Positions 13,051 through 27,766 of a stretch of 64,000 nucleotides of DNA are shown here, in pieces (position 1 is the first letter of the stretch; the number at the start of each line of letters is the position of its first letter). The notes beneath the pieces are model-generated. The model had not been told where the DNA came from. It did not search any database and saw only the letters and a list, made by a program, of their open reading frames with translations. Location of the stretch: assembly GCA_951406725.2 (NCBI GenBank), contig OX597831.1, positions 20,646,001-20,710,000 on the forward strand, read 5' to 3'. A program made the translations under genes and the position numbers. This DNA is from Octopus vulgaris. Its lineage: Eukaryota.

Positions 13051-13680
13051 AGTGTGTGTGTGTGTATATATACACTATGTATATATATATGTATATAAAA
13101 TGTATGTATATATATATATATATATATGTATATGTATGTACATATATATAACCTGTGTATATATGTATATAAATAATGTATGTATGTATATATGTATATA
13201 TCTATCTGTCTATCTATTTATCCATCTATCAATCTATCAATCTGTCTATCCACCTATTATCTATCTATGCGTTTCTCTCTCTCTCTATATATATATGACT
13301 GCAATAGACTTAATAATGACTATGGCCACAACTCATTAATGATCTGCAAATTATAATCCTACAAATTATAATCCTACAAAACGAAAACGAAATCTTAACT
13401 CAGCACTTGCATACATCTTCCATCCGCTGTTAAATTCAATAGAAAATTGCGACATCTGACATCTTATACAAATATGTGTATCTTCGTCCACCTATAGGGA
13501 ATATAACACGTGATTTACGAATGGTATGCAGTTGTTCCTTCACGTCGAGAATTATCTTGCTGTTTGCACTCTTAGTTCTATGTTATATTATATTTCGTGG
13601 CTGCAGGTATCACGAAAAACACTTACTGAAATAGATCTTCCAAGCTGAACAATTGAAGCGGTAATAATAATGCTGCTGCA

Positions 13681-13716
<36 letters not shown>

Positions 13717-13879
13717 AATAATGGTAATAATAATAATAATAATAATAATGATAATAATAATAATAATAATGCGCGTTTATTGAACTGAGGAGAAAACGAA
13801 AAGTAGGCAGCAGTTGAGTACAAATTCCAGATGATGATGCATATAGAAGGAAAGTGAACGAAGAGGCTTAAATGTATCG

Positions 13880-14660
13880 TGGTGATTCACAATTAGACCA
13901 GATGAGGGACTAACCAAATATCTTGAATCATCTAACGACTGGATGCTAAAACTCGTTAAAAACCTCGAGAGACAAAAGAAACTTCATACTTTTATGAAGG
14001 AGAGAAAAAAATGAGCTAGTGAGTTCATGCATAATATCCAGATTAATCAGCTGAACGGAGGGAACTTTATCCGAGGCCTCCACGCTTGTATTGTAGGCCT
14101 GGTATGTTAATGCGCAAGAGTTGTGGAATGGACAAAGAAGGAACTGAATGTGAAGGTGATCAGTTACAATGGTGAGAACCTCCAGGAATACAAAAGGAAG
14201 ACAAATAAACTGGAAAGAGAAAGCCCTACATGGAGAGTTTTTCTAGCAACCATCAGATAATGCTGAGAGGGTTGAGACATGGTTATTTAAAAAAGGAGAT
14301 AGAAGGATTGATACTCACTGCTCAAGAACAAGCTTTACCAACCAATTCAATCAAATGTAGCATTCATAACAGTATCACCTTTCTGTAGATTATGTGAAAT
14401 GTTATCTGAGTCAGTTACACATATAAATAGTGGATGCTCAAACTAGCGTAAAGGGAGTACAAAAACGCTATGACAAAGGAGCATTGGACATACACTAGGA
14501 TGTTCAAGACTTATGGATTATACCAACAAATGGTATGATCACCAACTATTGCCAGTTGCAGTGAATGATCATGTAAAGCTCATGTAGAATATGTCAATCT
14601 ACACAGATATGAAGCTGCAACATAACCGACTAGATACCACTTTCCTATGGACGGAGACCA
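13880..14660 (+). mobile_element. R4/Dong-type LINE fragments (post-RT, CCHC region)
   Basis: KYLESSNDWMLKLV; WKEKALHGEF; EGLILTAQEQALPTN; CRLCEMLSESVTHINSGC. Confidence 0.75.
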
Positions 14661-14664
14661 AGGA

Positions 14665-15985
14665 AAAGCCATCTGTTTTACATGGATGACTTAAAACTTT
14701 ATGGCAAAGACGATAATGAGCTTCAAGGTCTATTACTTACTGTGAAAGCATTTAATTAAGACATCTGAATGGAATTTGGTCTTGATAAATGTGCAAAGGC
14801 TACGTTCCAGAAAGGGAAATTGAAGATATCACATTCAGGGATGTTAGATGTTGACACAGTTACAAAAGAACTTGAGCAGGAACAAACTTACAAATACGTC
14901 GGAATGAATGGGGGCTCTGGCATTAAGCATGCAAGTATAGAGGAGATCAGGAAGGAATGTTACAGGTGAGTTCGAGCAGTCCTAAAATCTGAGTTAAATG
15001 CATGTAACAATGTGTTAGTCATAAATTTCTTAGCAGTTCCAGTTGTTATTTATAGTCTCAATGTGTTCAACTGGAATATCAGCAAAATAAGGAGGATTGA
15101 CAGGAAGATCGGTAAAGCTGCTTGCTTGCACCACTCAAAGACAGAAGCACATTGTTCTTACCTTCTTATTTCTATATTGCCCACAAGGGGCTAAACATAG
15201 AGGGGGACAAACAAGGGCAGACAAAGGGATTAAGTCTATTACATCGACCCCTGTGCGTAACTGATACTTAATTTATCGACCCCGTAACAAATATGCTGCT
15301 ATAGATTAGACGCACACCCATCAGCGGCTACGGAGCTCAGGGCTAGAGGAAGAGAGTGAAGGCTATAGTTTAGCTGCTGAAAATCAGAACTTATTGACCC
15401 GGAACTACCAAACCGATCTAATACAAATGGTGTAGACCCAAAGTGCCGATAGGACAACGATGAGATTGAAACAATGAACCACCTAATCTCTGGGTGTAAG
15501 ATTTTAGCACCAGTAGAGTATAAATCAAGACATGATAGAGTTGGCGAATTTCTACACTGGACAATATGTCGGCATTATAAAATCAAAACTGTTGACAAGT
15601 GGTACAACCATCACCCTGAGGCTGTAACTGACGGAGAACATATAACGATTCTTTGGGAATTTCCAGTACATACAGATCGGCCTAATAAATCAGATATTGT
15701 TGTGAAAGACCAAAACAATAAAATCTGTTTATTGATTGACATAAGCATACCTTATGATCATAATATCTCGGCAAAAGAATTTGATAAGCTCAGAATATAT
15801 AAAGATTTGCTGATTGAACTCAAGACGGTTGAAATACCAGTGATTGTAGGAGCACTTGAAATGATGAAAAAAGAGAACTCAAAATTATTTGAGGATGATC
15901 CCTGGCTTACCATTCATATAGGAAGTGCTAAAGATCGTCTTAACTGGTACGTCACACGTACTGAGAAGAGCATTTTGTTGTGAAT
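14665..15985 (+). mobile_element. R4/Dong-type LINE: RT C-terminus to restriction-like endonuclease, decayed
   Basis: HLFYMDDLKLY..MEFGLDKCAK; CR..ETMNHLISGC..RHDRV..NKSDIVV..LIDISIP..K..YKDL..IPVIVGAL; SINE-B tail inserted at ~15165-15285. Confidence 0.9.
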
Positions 15986-17668
15986 TTTCTTTCCTATTAT
16001 CTTTTTGTTTGTTTTGTTTATTTTTTCCCATTTTTTTTCTTTGTTTTTCCTTCTTTCCTCTGTCTTTCTTCCCTCTTTTTTTCTTATCACATGACGTTAT
16101 AGATGAGCAATCTGGTTTGTTTATTTTTGCAGTGTAAATAACGCATGCATATAATCTTCTTCGATTTAATTTTATGCATAGTTCGAGTAGATGTAGATGG
16201 ACAGAGATATGCATAAATATATGTAGGGTGAATTGTATATAAGCTAGATGAGAGTGACTGTGATAATGAATTGAAGCAGAGTAAGAAACTGCATTTTCAG
16301 AGATAGTTAACTGAAAAAAGCACGGAGTATGAAGTGACAAGCTGTAGTTCTAAAAAAACAGCCTATAGAATAATGCAATTTGCATCAGCAGAAATAGTGT
16401 TGTTTAAGAAAATGTGGTAAAGTGAGAGTAAATTTAATAACATTAAGAATATATTTAATATATTTCTTGCGGATGCAAACAAGATGTGTTTGATTGTGCC
16501 ATGCCAAAGTCTATATAAATTCTAATTTATGGTGAATTTTCAATTCAATATTTCGTCTCTATGTAAAAAAATTTAAAGTAGTTTCGCGGTGTTTGTTCTC
16601 CATAGATGTGCAAAATTCTCCAAATTATAATACGATATGAGCTAGTGTTCAGTAGGATAGCAGTGATCAAAGAAGCCTATTCTGAGTTGAGCAACAATAG
16701 CAGAGCTAGGCAGAATGCATCCATAAATCGCACATTTTGTGTTTGTGATTATACCATCAGGTGCTTTGAGTTCCATGAGAAACTTGGTATACGAAACATC
16801 AAGAAGGTCTTAAATTTTCTTCATCTCAGTCACGGTTCCAGCTCTCTAGTGAAGCTACATGTAAAGCAACTCAACATATAATCGATTTATGCTGTAATCA
16901 ACGTAAATGCTTTCAGAATGTATTTCCTTTCTTGAAGACAAGAAGAAACTAGTTCCAGTTTAGAGATTTTTATACAAAGCGGCTGCATGAGTATACTGTA
17001 CTTTACAGATAAACAGAGAAGGCATTTAAATCCATTATGTACATGGACGTATTTTCAGTGATTGAATAAGTTCTTCTGAAATTATAGCTGTTTCTGATTC
17101 GGTAAATAGAAAATATACTATTGAATGTTTATTTGGGTGTCAGCATACGACAGATAATATGTGTATTACTTTCACTCATTTATTTTTTCATTTACGTAAA
17201 CAAGTGTAGGGACGTATTTATTTACGCATGTACGTTTGTAGATATGTGTATATTCATATAAATCATCTCTTTAGATACAGACATATAGTTCGCATTAGTT
17301 TTACGTTATAACACGTCTACGAAATTTCGAATCTATCACGTGATTACAGTAATATTTTAGAATAGTTTAGAAACGCTTCCAACATAAGCAATTCCCCGAA
17401 TTTTAACCACCAATATATATATATATATATATATGTGCGGAGTAGATGAAACAGGGACCACTGAAGAAGGGGAATATTCTATATGTTGCATCTCTCGTTT
17501 CTCTGTTTGTCTTTTTCGTTGTTCGAAAAAATGTTCGTTTTTATGTTTTTGTTTTTATGTTTTCGTTTCTCATTGGGTTGCACGTTTTTTTTTATGTCCT
17601 GTACCCATATATGCATGTATATATATATATATATATATATGCATATATATATATATATATATATATAT

Positions 17669-17980
17669 GTGGAGGCGCAATGACCCAGTGGTCAGGGCAG
17701 CGGACTCAAGGTCGTAGGATCGCGGTTTCGATTCCCACACCGGGCGTTGTGAGTGTTTATTGAGCGAAGTCACTTATAGCTCCACGAGGCTCCGGCAGTG
17801 GATGGTGGCGATCCCTGCTGTACTCTTTCGCCGCAACTTTCTCTCAGTCTTTCTTCTGTTGGCCTGCTCGCTTAGCCACCGGGGTGGCGTCATTTGAAGG
17901 CTAAAACAATGCGAAGTGCATTGTGACCAGCGATGTGTAGCAACATCTGCTAGCCTGGTCGGTCACTTGATCACGTGATA
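17669..17980 (+). mobile_element. SINE head C + tail W, in (TA)n
   Basis: Same head as 5801, but diverges after CTTTCTCTC into GGCCTGCTCGCTTAGCC..GAAGGCTAAAACAATGCG. Confidence 0.88.
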
Positions 17981-18063
17981 TACATATATATGTAGGTGTG
18001 TATATGTATGTATATATGCATATATTTAATATATTTATATATTATTTATATTATTATATGTAC

Positions 18064-18166
<103 letters not shown>

Positions 18167-18499
18167 CATACACTCACGCGGGCACACACACACGCTCACA
18201 TATATACATATATACGCACATTTTTCTTACTTTTAACCAGCAGGCCCGAAGAAACATACTGACGTGACTCAAAAGCTAACAGCTTTATGCATGGCAATTG
18301 TCTATTGGATAAATGCCATGCACTGAACTCCCTTTAAACTATTTAACGTATTTCGAATAATTGATATAATTCGATTGATTGTTCACTCGAGCAACTGTTG
18401 TAACGTTAAATTGTTTTTCATTCAGCTCTTCGATTAATTGCATTTCGCTTAATTGTTTACCATGAATTTTTAACAAAGCATTCAGCCAGTCGTGTCTTA

Positions 18500-18676
18500 A
18501 CACTGACACACACACACACACACACACAGTCACACACACACAGACACACAGACACACACACACACACACACAGACACACACAGACACACACAGACACACA
18601 GACACACACACACACATAAACACACACACACAGACACACACACACAAACAGATAGACAGACACACACACACAAACA

Positions 18677-18727
<51 letters not shown>

Positions 18728-18850
18728 ACACACACAAACAGACAGACAGACAGACACACACACACACACAAACAGACAGACACACACACACACACACAAA
18801 CAGACACACACATACAAAAGCAAACCACACATACACATACATATACAAAC
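18500..18850. repeat. (CA)n/(CAGA)n compound microsatellite
   Basis: Direct reading. Confidence 0.95.
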
Positions 18851-21116
18851 AAGCAATGCTCACACATGCAATACAAACAGGTCTAGAGAGAAATGACATT
18901 CCATGATAAAATGTATATATGCCTGCGCGCGCTGTTCACACGTGAGTCAATGTATGTAGAATTTGTATCGATATGTGCAGAAGCATTTTGGTATGTGTGT
19001 GTGTGTATATATGAGTGTATGTATATGTCATTGCATGTGGGTATGCCTATGCGTGTGTGTCTGCGTTTATTATCTCAAGAATTATCCAAATAATGAATAC
19101 TTTATGACGCAGGAAAGCCAATGAGTTTACCTGCAGTCATTTGTGTATTTTTATACAATCTTCTTGTTTTCCTCTCCCTGTCTCATGCTCTCCACATTTC
19201 TCCCTCTCTCTCCCTCTCTCTCTCCCCCCCTCTCTCTCTCCCTCATGCTCTCCCATGTTAACGTCCGTTCTCCTCTTTATATATTTATGTATGTATGTAT
19301 GTGGGCGATAAGTTGGCGTGTACAAGCATATAAGAGCAGAATTAAGTTTATACATGTAACATATGCGATACAGACACATACATACACACATACACACACA
19401 CACACATACAATATTCTGTATATAGGCACACATGTATACACACGCACATGCACACACTCATATATATATATACATGCCTACCTATAAAAAATACAAATAT
19501 GTATGTATATCTATACTCATGCTCACACACACATACGTGTGCGCATACACAGAGGATCACACACATACACTGACCTCCACACACATATATACACGCACAC
19601 ATAGACTCACACACATACACTCACCTTCACACACATATATACACATATACACACGTGTGAGTGCGGTGTATGTTTTTTTGTATATTATTTCATATGAACG
19701 TGTTTGTCTGTACAGCGATAATTAATAAGATAATTTAACTACCAAAGACCATCTGCTTAACACTGTCTCTATTTTCGCCTACAAGTTATTTATCTTCCTA
19801 ATACATAGTTTATAAGTGTTACTGTAGAAAAGACGCTAGTGATAGATGTTGGAATCAAAAACTCTTTTTAAAAAATCTGAACGCTGATTCGAATGCTTGC
19901 AACAGAGCGGACTATTTTCATTATTCTCATGGTCTAGGTAGCGGTGCCAAAGCAAGTGAATAAAAGTGAATAACAAATACTGTCATCCTAGAGCCTCATA
20001 TTTCATTCATTAACCTTGGATTCACTCGAAATTATGGTAGGAGCCATCATTATTGTGTGAACCGAAAAGTGATGATGTAAAAATTCTGAAGGCGGATCCA
20101 AATAAAAGAACTGTACTTGGGAATTTTACGCCTAAAGTTTTCTAAATTTAGGGTATAACATTTTTACAGAAGCTCGCCAATTGGCCGGTGCTGGTCGCCG
20201 GTTGTGTAATTGGAGAAGCATAAAACTGAAAAGACATACGGTTCAGCAAAGTACATTTTCGCTACCTTCTCTATTTGGAACAACATTTCCACTAAGTCAT
20301 ACTATTAATTTATGTGATGTACGAAATGTCATCCCATTACATATGTTAGGCACTTTTCTGACTGCCTTAGAGAAACGTTTAACAATGGTCCTGTGTTTTT
20401 TATTAATTTAATCAGTGGTGAGAGGCGATGATTTTCATACAAGTATAACTAACCTAAACGTTACGCAAGGAAAAGAGTTTACAATATTTGTGCGATGATG
20501 AGAAATGGTATCTAGCCATGAAATTTTAGAAACTTCTGGCAATGTCCGTCGCGAATTCTAGCATATATGTTAGATTAAACTAGGCTATCTTCCTCTTCTT
20601 GGTTCTAATCATTGAGAGAGCTTAAATGAGGTCTCATAAATATAAACTAGTTTCTCTTTGAAGGCAGTCTTATAGCTAACACATCATTATAAGATGCTTA
20701 CCTTTCGAAGATATCCCTATCCGAGGATAGTTCAGCGAGTAACTTTTTTCCTACTTATAGACGCCAGTTTCTAGTTGAAAAGTTTATAGATATACATGGT
20801 GTCCTAATTTGGTTTCATATAGAAGTAGTGTTTGTCTCTCTTTAATCTAGCGTCAAGTCTAGGAAGTAAAGTTGGTGTTAATTGCAAGGCAAATACTGTA
20901 TAAATCTAATCGAAGTGTAGTCTTTCATATTGCATATGATGCTAAATCATCCACTAATTAGGGGTCACAGGAAAAGATGCTGCTTGGAAAGTATCAAACC
21001 TAAATAATCGTAGGAAAACAGCTGCCTCAGCGCCATCATAACCATTATGGATCCTTTCACCATAAGATTACACGTTATATGTATGTAGTTACACACACAC
21101 ATACACACATGTATGC

Positions 21117-21186
<70 letters not shown>

Positions 21187-21204
21187 GCATATATATATAT
21201 ATAC

Positions 21205-21246
<42 letters not shown>

Positions 21247-21269
21247 GTAACTATACACACACACACACA

Positions 21270-21324
<55 letters not shown>

Positions 21325-21453
21325 TATGAATCTGTGTTTATATATATCTGTGTATATATGCATATATACATGAATATATATACAAAGACAATATATATAC
21401 GCATATAATGGCATAGATGTACTCAAAACTATCTATCTATCTATCGATAAATT

Positions 21454-21491
<38 letters not shown>

Positions 21492-21560
21492 CAGACAGAC
21501 AAACAGACAGATAGACAGACAGACAGATAGATAGATACATAGATAGATAGACATCTATCC

Positions 21561-21622
<62 letters not shown>

Positions 21623-22253
21623 ATATCTATCTATCTATCTATCTATATACAAACTTATAACCATGTGTTTACAGTTGACGCTGTATAGGGATTTGTGTAT
21701 AAATGTATAAACATACAGGCTTGCATATGAATATATATATGACTATGTTTGGAGTGTAGAAATTATTCTTTTCCTTCGTACACTCAAACACACCCACCCA
21801 CACATGTACACACACACGCACACATTCACACACACATGCATCTATACAACCATATATATAAGTGTGTGTGTATATATATGAAAATATATATGTGTGGGCA
21901 GCAGTGTGCGGGCGGACGCTTGTGTATAGTTACCAATAGAGACTCTCTCATCATATAATAATTCGTACACTGTTTTTCAATCCACAATGTTTGGCCAGGA
22001 ATATCTTCGTAATAATTCAATTCCCGTTTTTATATCGACATTATATAATATTAGATGACCATTTTATCATCATGCTATCTATTACTGGTCTCTTGTTATT
22101 CTATTGATTTTGTTTTTGTCATCGCAATCGCTTTTGTTATTTTGGGCTGTAATCTACGCTGATGTTGTTCTACCCATCGTCGTCGCCGCCATCGTTATCA
22201 TTTTGGAGTGTTATTCTTGCTTTGTTGTGTTATCATCATCATCATCATCATCA

Positions 22254-22323
<70 letters not shown>

Positions 22324-22590
22324 ATTTGTCATGTTTGTAAATGAACTTTGTCTGGAGTGAGTTGTTATTGTTGTTGTTGTTTGGGGTGATTCAACCGTCG
22401 TTGCTGTGGAAAGCTCTTGTTGTTGTTGTCATTGTCTTCATTGATTTTGTAGTCATAGCAAAAACAACAGCAGTAGCAGTAGACATGGTGGTAATAGTGG
22501 TAGTTCTTGAGGTGGCGGTCATTGTTCTTAGTTATTGCGAATATTGATGTTATCATCATCTATGTCATATCTTGGTTTACTCGTCGACTT

Positions 22591-22647
<57 letters not shown>

Positions 22648-22654
22648 CATATAC

Positions 22655-22705
<51 letters not shown>

Positions 22706-22712
<7 letters not shown>

Positions 22713-22756
22713 GAAGTATATTTGATCCACAGTCGGTATATATGCGTAGACACACA

Positions 22757-22797
<41 letters not shown>

Positions 22798-22834
22798 ATT
22801 CATGATATAAAGAATGTCAGGAGGTATGAGATGA

Positions 22835-22867
<33 letters not shown>

Positions 22868-22934
22868 TATAATATGTGTGTGTGTGTGTGCGTACACATA
22901 TATATCGTCTGTGGATCAAATATACTTCATGTAA

Positions 22935-22970
<36 letters not shown>

Positions 22971-23090
22971 ATTCATGATATAAAGAATGTCAGGAGGTAT
23001 GAGATGAATATATATATATATATATTTACATGAATTATATTTGATCCACAGACGATATATATGTGTACGCACACACACACACATATTATA

Positions 23091-23146
<56 letters not shown>

Positions 23147-23195
23147 CATACATACATTCACGATATAAACAATGTCAGTAGGTATGAGATGAATA
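22706..23195. repeat. Triplicated A-B modules separated by (TA)n, with the middle A inverted
   Basis: B = CATTCATGATATAAAGAATGTCAGGAGGTATGAGATGAAT x3; A = ATGAAGTATATTTGATCCACAG in +, -, + orientation. Confidence 0.9.
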
Positions 23196-23672
23196 TATTT
23201 ATTTCATTCTGTCCATAGTTAGGCGATAATTTCGCAACCAAAATAATTCATTTTAGCCAATAATGAATTACTTTACGTATTTTCACTAATGTGTATGTTA
23301 TAAATTGCGTAGCACTATTTTACATTTTACAAGCTAATTCAAATCTAGAAGGCTAGCTTATCAGATCAGCAAAATATTCACGGTTACATCTATTACTCAA
23401 TTCGATTCTACTCATAGAAAAATATCCTCTTCAAAATAACAATGTATGGAAGACAATAATTCATAAAACATTTTCTGTAGAGAAGGGGAAAGAATAGATA
23501 GCAAGATATTAAAAAGGAAACTCAGTAATAATTCGTTGATTAGATTTACAGGATTTCAACTGCATAAGACTATATATTACACTCCTATGTATTGGTTTAC
23601 AATGTGGTTTATAGCCTGGTCCACTAAAAGAGATTTTCTGTGATTACCACCGGATTATATAAATTCATATAT

Positions 23673-23721
<49 letters not shown>

Positions 23722-23750
23722 TTATATATACACACACATATGTATGCATG

Positions 23751-23871
<121 letters not shown>

Positions 23872-23921
23872 ATCTATATATATATATATATATATATATC
23901 TCTATATATATATCTCTCTCT

Positions 23922-23963
<42 letters not shown>

Positions 23964-24078
23964 TAGTTGAATGAATTATCCTAGTTTGGATAATTCGGTT
24001 AACCGATACCCGGGTAGCAAATTCACGTCAGAAAACACGGTTGAAGCTACATGCCAAGGGCAGAAATCACGTGCTTTC

Positions 24079-24121
<43 letters not shown>

Positions 24122-24156
24122 GCATAAACGCAAAAGCCTTTTTCTTTTCTGTGTCC

Positions 24157-24190
24157 CTTTCTGTAGAAGAGCGTCGGCTCGAAACGTAGT
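24157..24190 (+). ncRNA. Degenerate minimal hammerhead variant
   Basis: CTTT-CTGTAGA-A-GAG[cgtcgg]CTC-GAAA-CG-TA. Confidence 0.45.
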
Positions 24191-24195
24191 AATAG

Positions 24196-24251
24196 TACAT
24201 TTACGATCGTTTCTGTTTACCAGTTGTAGTGGCAGACATCATCAGAATGCA
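24196..24251 (-). ncRNA. Type I hammerhead ribozyme (intact core, three stems, GUA site)
   Basis: Minus strand TGCATT-CTGATGA-TGTCTGCCA[ctacaac]TGGTAAACA-GAAA-CGATCG-TA^AATGTA; 6-bp stem I, ~8-bp stem II, palindromic stem III. Confidence 0.85.
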
Positions 24252-24655
24252 TAGTCATATGTAGAGGTAAGAAGTGCGGCAGACATAGGGATCCAATGGC
24301 AATGAGAATAAATCAAAGAATTAATTAGTTAATTAAATTAATGACTTACTAGCGCAACGACCATTTTCTTTTTGCATATAATTTAAACTACGGTTTACCC
24401 GCTGAATTACTTACGGGATGTGAATTCATGTACAGCATTCGTCAAGTGATGGTGTGGGTCAAACACAGACGCAATGACACAGACGAAAAACACACAAGCA
24501 CACACACGCTCACTCGCAAGCACACACACACACGCATACACACACACACACATATACACACACATATACACACACGCATACAAACACACACGCATACGTA
24601 CGAACACACAGAGAGAAAGACAGACACACATAATACACACACACTCACTCACTCA

Positions 24656-24723
<68 letters not shown>

Positions 24724-24819
24724 AGGGGAGAATTTCCCAAAAACCCAAAAGACGAAGACGGGTGGTGTAAAAAACAAACAGATGTATTAGTATAACGCTC
24801 AGTCTTTTGCGTTTCGAGC

Positions 24820-24985
24820 CTACGACGGGCTTCATGCAGCTTCCGTATATCAAATCCACTCACAAGGCTTTGGTCGCTCCGAGTCTATAGTAGAAGACAC
24901 TCGTCGAAGATGGCACCACGCAGATGGTATGAACCTGTAACCACATAGTTGAAAAGCAAGCTGCTTACCACACCACCACACCTGC
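24820..24985 (-). mobile_element. SINE family A 5' half, diverged
   Basis: TACGACGGGCTTC..AAATCCACTCACAAGGCTTTGGTCG..TAGTAGAAGACAC..CTTACCACACC. Confidence 0.8.
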
Positions 24986-25747
24986 GTATTTCCAAACAAT
25001 TTCCGTTTGGCAAATCTCATTCTAAACGCATGCTTTTGTTTTCACTCTAGAAATTGAGAGTTGACAATAGGATCGAACACCGAGCTATTCAGTCAAGAAG
25101 CAAAGTTGTTTACCAAACAGCTCTGCCACGGCCAAATATATTTGTCTGTACCTGTTTTCCTATATTTATGCCTGATGAACAAACAGAGGATTGATGTTGG
25201 GCCATATCGTAATGGTGAACTGATGTAGAAAACACAGTGGAAATAGAAATAGTGTTTGCAATTCTTCATCCACGAAACACGATTTATTTCAAGAGTTAGT
25301 GTAAGTTATACCTTCGCAAGGTGCCTGTATATATGTATGTATATGTACTTGTGTGTATGTATGTGTACTTGTGTGTATGTATGTGTATGTATGTATGTAT
25401 GTATGTATGTATGTATGTATGTGTATGTGTGTCAGTATGCATGTATGTATGTGTAAATGTGTGTATGTACGTATGTATGCATGTGTGTATATATGTATTA
25501 TATATGTATGTGTGTACGTATATATGTCTGTATGTATGTGTGTATGTGTGTATGTATGTATTATGTATCTATGTGTATGTATGTATATATGTAAGTATAT
25601 ATGTATGTAGGTATGTATGTGTGTATATGTATGCATGTATGTATGTGTATGTATGAATGAACGTATGTAATTGTGTGTGTATGTATACATATATGTATGT
25701 ATGCATGCCTGAATATATGTGTTTGCGTGCCCATGTATCTACGTATG

Positions 25748-25787
<40 letters not shown>

Positions 25788-26594
25788 ATGCATATGTGTA
25801 TACATACACGCGCACACACACACATATATATATATATGTACACATAAGCACACAGACACACACATATATATATGTATATTTACACATGTGTTTGTGTGTG
25901 CATGTTTGTTTGCGCGTGTTTATACATGTATATATGTGTAAATATGCATATATATTCACACACACACACACACGCACACACACGCACACACACACACACA
26001 CACACACGCACACACACGTGCAAACGATGTGTGCAACAATTGGAACATACGCCTTTATACTTGGCTCATTTTTGAAAATTCAAACTTTCAACTTTTTTCT
26101 CTCACGATAATGAAGGCCTCGACGACAACATCGACGGCAACGGCTACGTCAAAGATGGCGACCTCGCTATAGCCTCTACCGGTGCTGCTGCCGCTTCGGC
26201 TACCTCTGCTCCCACTGTTGCTGTACTTGTTGTTATTACTACTACTACTACTACTACTGCTATTGTTGATGCTGCTGTTGTGCACTCAGGTGAAGTGAAA
26301 ACCTTCAGTTAAGTCAATGTTATATCATGCAAACGTATAACCAACACAGAAAATGCAGGGCTACACGGGGGCGGATTTATTCAATTTGACTATTTACATA
26401 GACTGCTTTCTTCAATCTTAGATATTCAGGATTACGTTTAAATTATATTTTTGTCTTGTTCACATTCAACTGCTTCATTCTTTCTCCCATCCGTCACTGA
26501 TTCATATATGTGTATATGTGTGCATGTGTGTGTGTGTACGTGCGTATCCACATATATATATATATATATTACATATGTATGCTGTATAAACATG

Positions 26595-26668
<74 letters not shown>

Positions 26669-26917
26669 TACACACATATATATAGGCAGTTATATGTATG
26701 TTTGCATATATATTTGCAAACATGTGCATGGAATAGTTATGCATGCCTATATACATATGTATATAAGCATACGTACGTGTATGTCTATACATATATAAAT
26801 ATATAGATATTTACCTGTGTATATAAATATATATATCTATTTATATATCTATATGATTACATATATATATATATATATATATATATAACGCCTACTCTTT
26901 CGTATGAACACACACAC

Positions 26918-26948
<31 letters not shown>

Positions 26949-27373
26949 TGTATGTATGTATGTATGTATGTATGTATATCTACATTTGTATCTATCTCTC
27001 AATCTCGCATCCTCCCTGTCTCTCTTTCTTTCGCCAAATCTATCAATCTACATGTAGGTATGTATATGTAATTTCCTTTGCTTGTTAAGACCATACTAAA
27101 TGTGATCAGAATCTAATGCGCCAATCAAAAGCCACAAGTTAACAGGTTCCGTCGTAATTCCATTGCTACAAGGCCACCAAAGGTGAGATGTGATGGAAAA
27201 AGCCGGATGAGGGTAGCAGTAAGAGACAGGGAACATGAAATAGAGGAAATCGGGTAGAGAGAGGGAAGGAGTGTGTGGGGGCGTTGAACAGAAAATTACA
27301 GAGAGGAAAAAATAAGAAGAAAAGACATATATAAGTATATGGGTATATGTATATGTATACGTATATGTATATG

Positions 27374-27418
<45 letters not shown>

Positions 27419-27551
27419 GTATATATATATATATATATATATTATTTTATTTAGTTTCAGCTCACAAGCTGTGGCCATGCTGAGTTACATACATATACAT
27501 ATATACATGCATACTTTCACATATATATAAGTATCTATAAGTATATATATG

Positions 27552-27591
<40 letters not shown>

Positions 27592-27664
27592 TGTATATAT
27601 ATTATATGTATTTGTATATATATATATGAATATATATATGTATATGTATATATGTATATATATG

Positions 27665-27766
<102 letters not shown>

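Noticed and set aside
13785-13806. CTGAGGA-GAAAAC-GAAA minimal hammerhead-like core
   Set aside because: No stem I pairing and no palindromic stem III
17455-17500. CTGAAGAAGGGG in a TA-flanked repeat
   Set aside because: No properly placed downstream GAAA or closing stem
24397-24408. ACCCGCTGAATT resembles the 28S rRNA 5' motif
   Set aside because: 12-nt chance match with no continuation
26100-26310. GC-richer open frame resembling an exon (also 30700-30920 and 33780-33870)
   Set aside because: Decayed trinucleotide repeats; no domain or convincing splice sites
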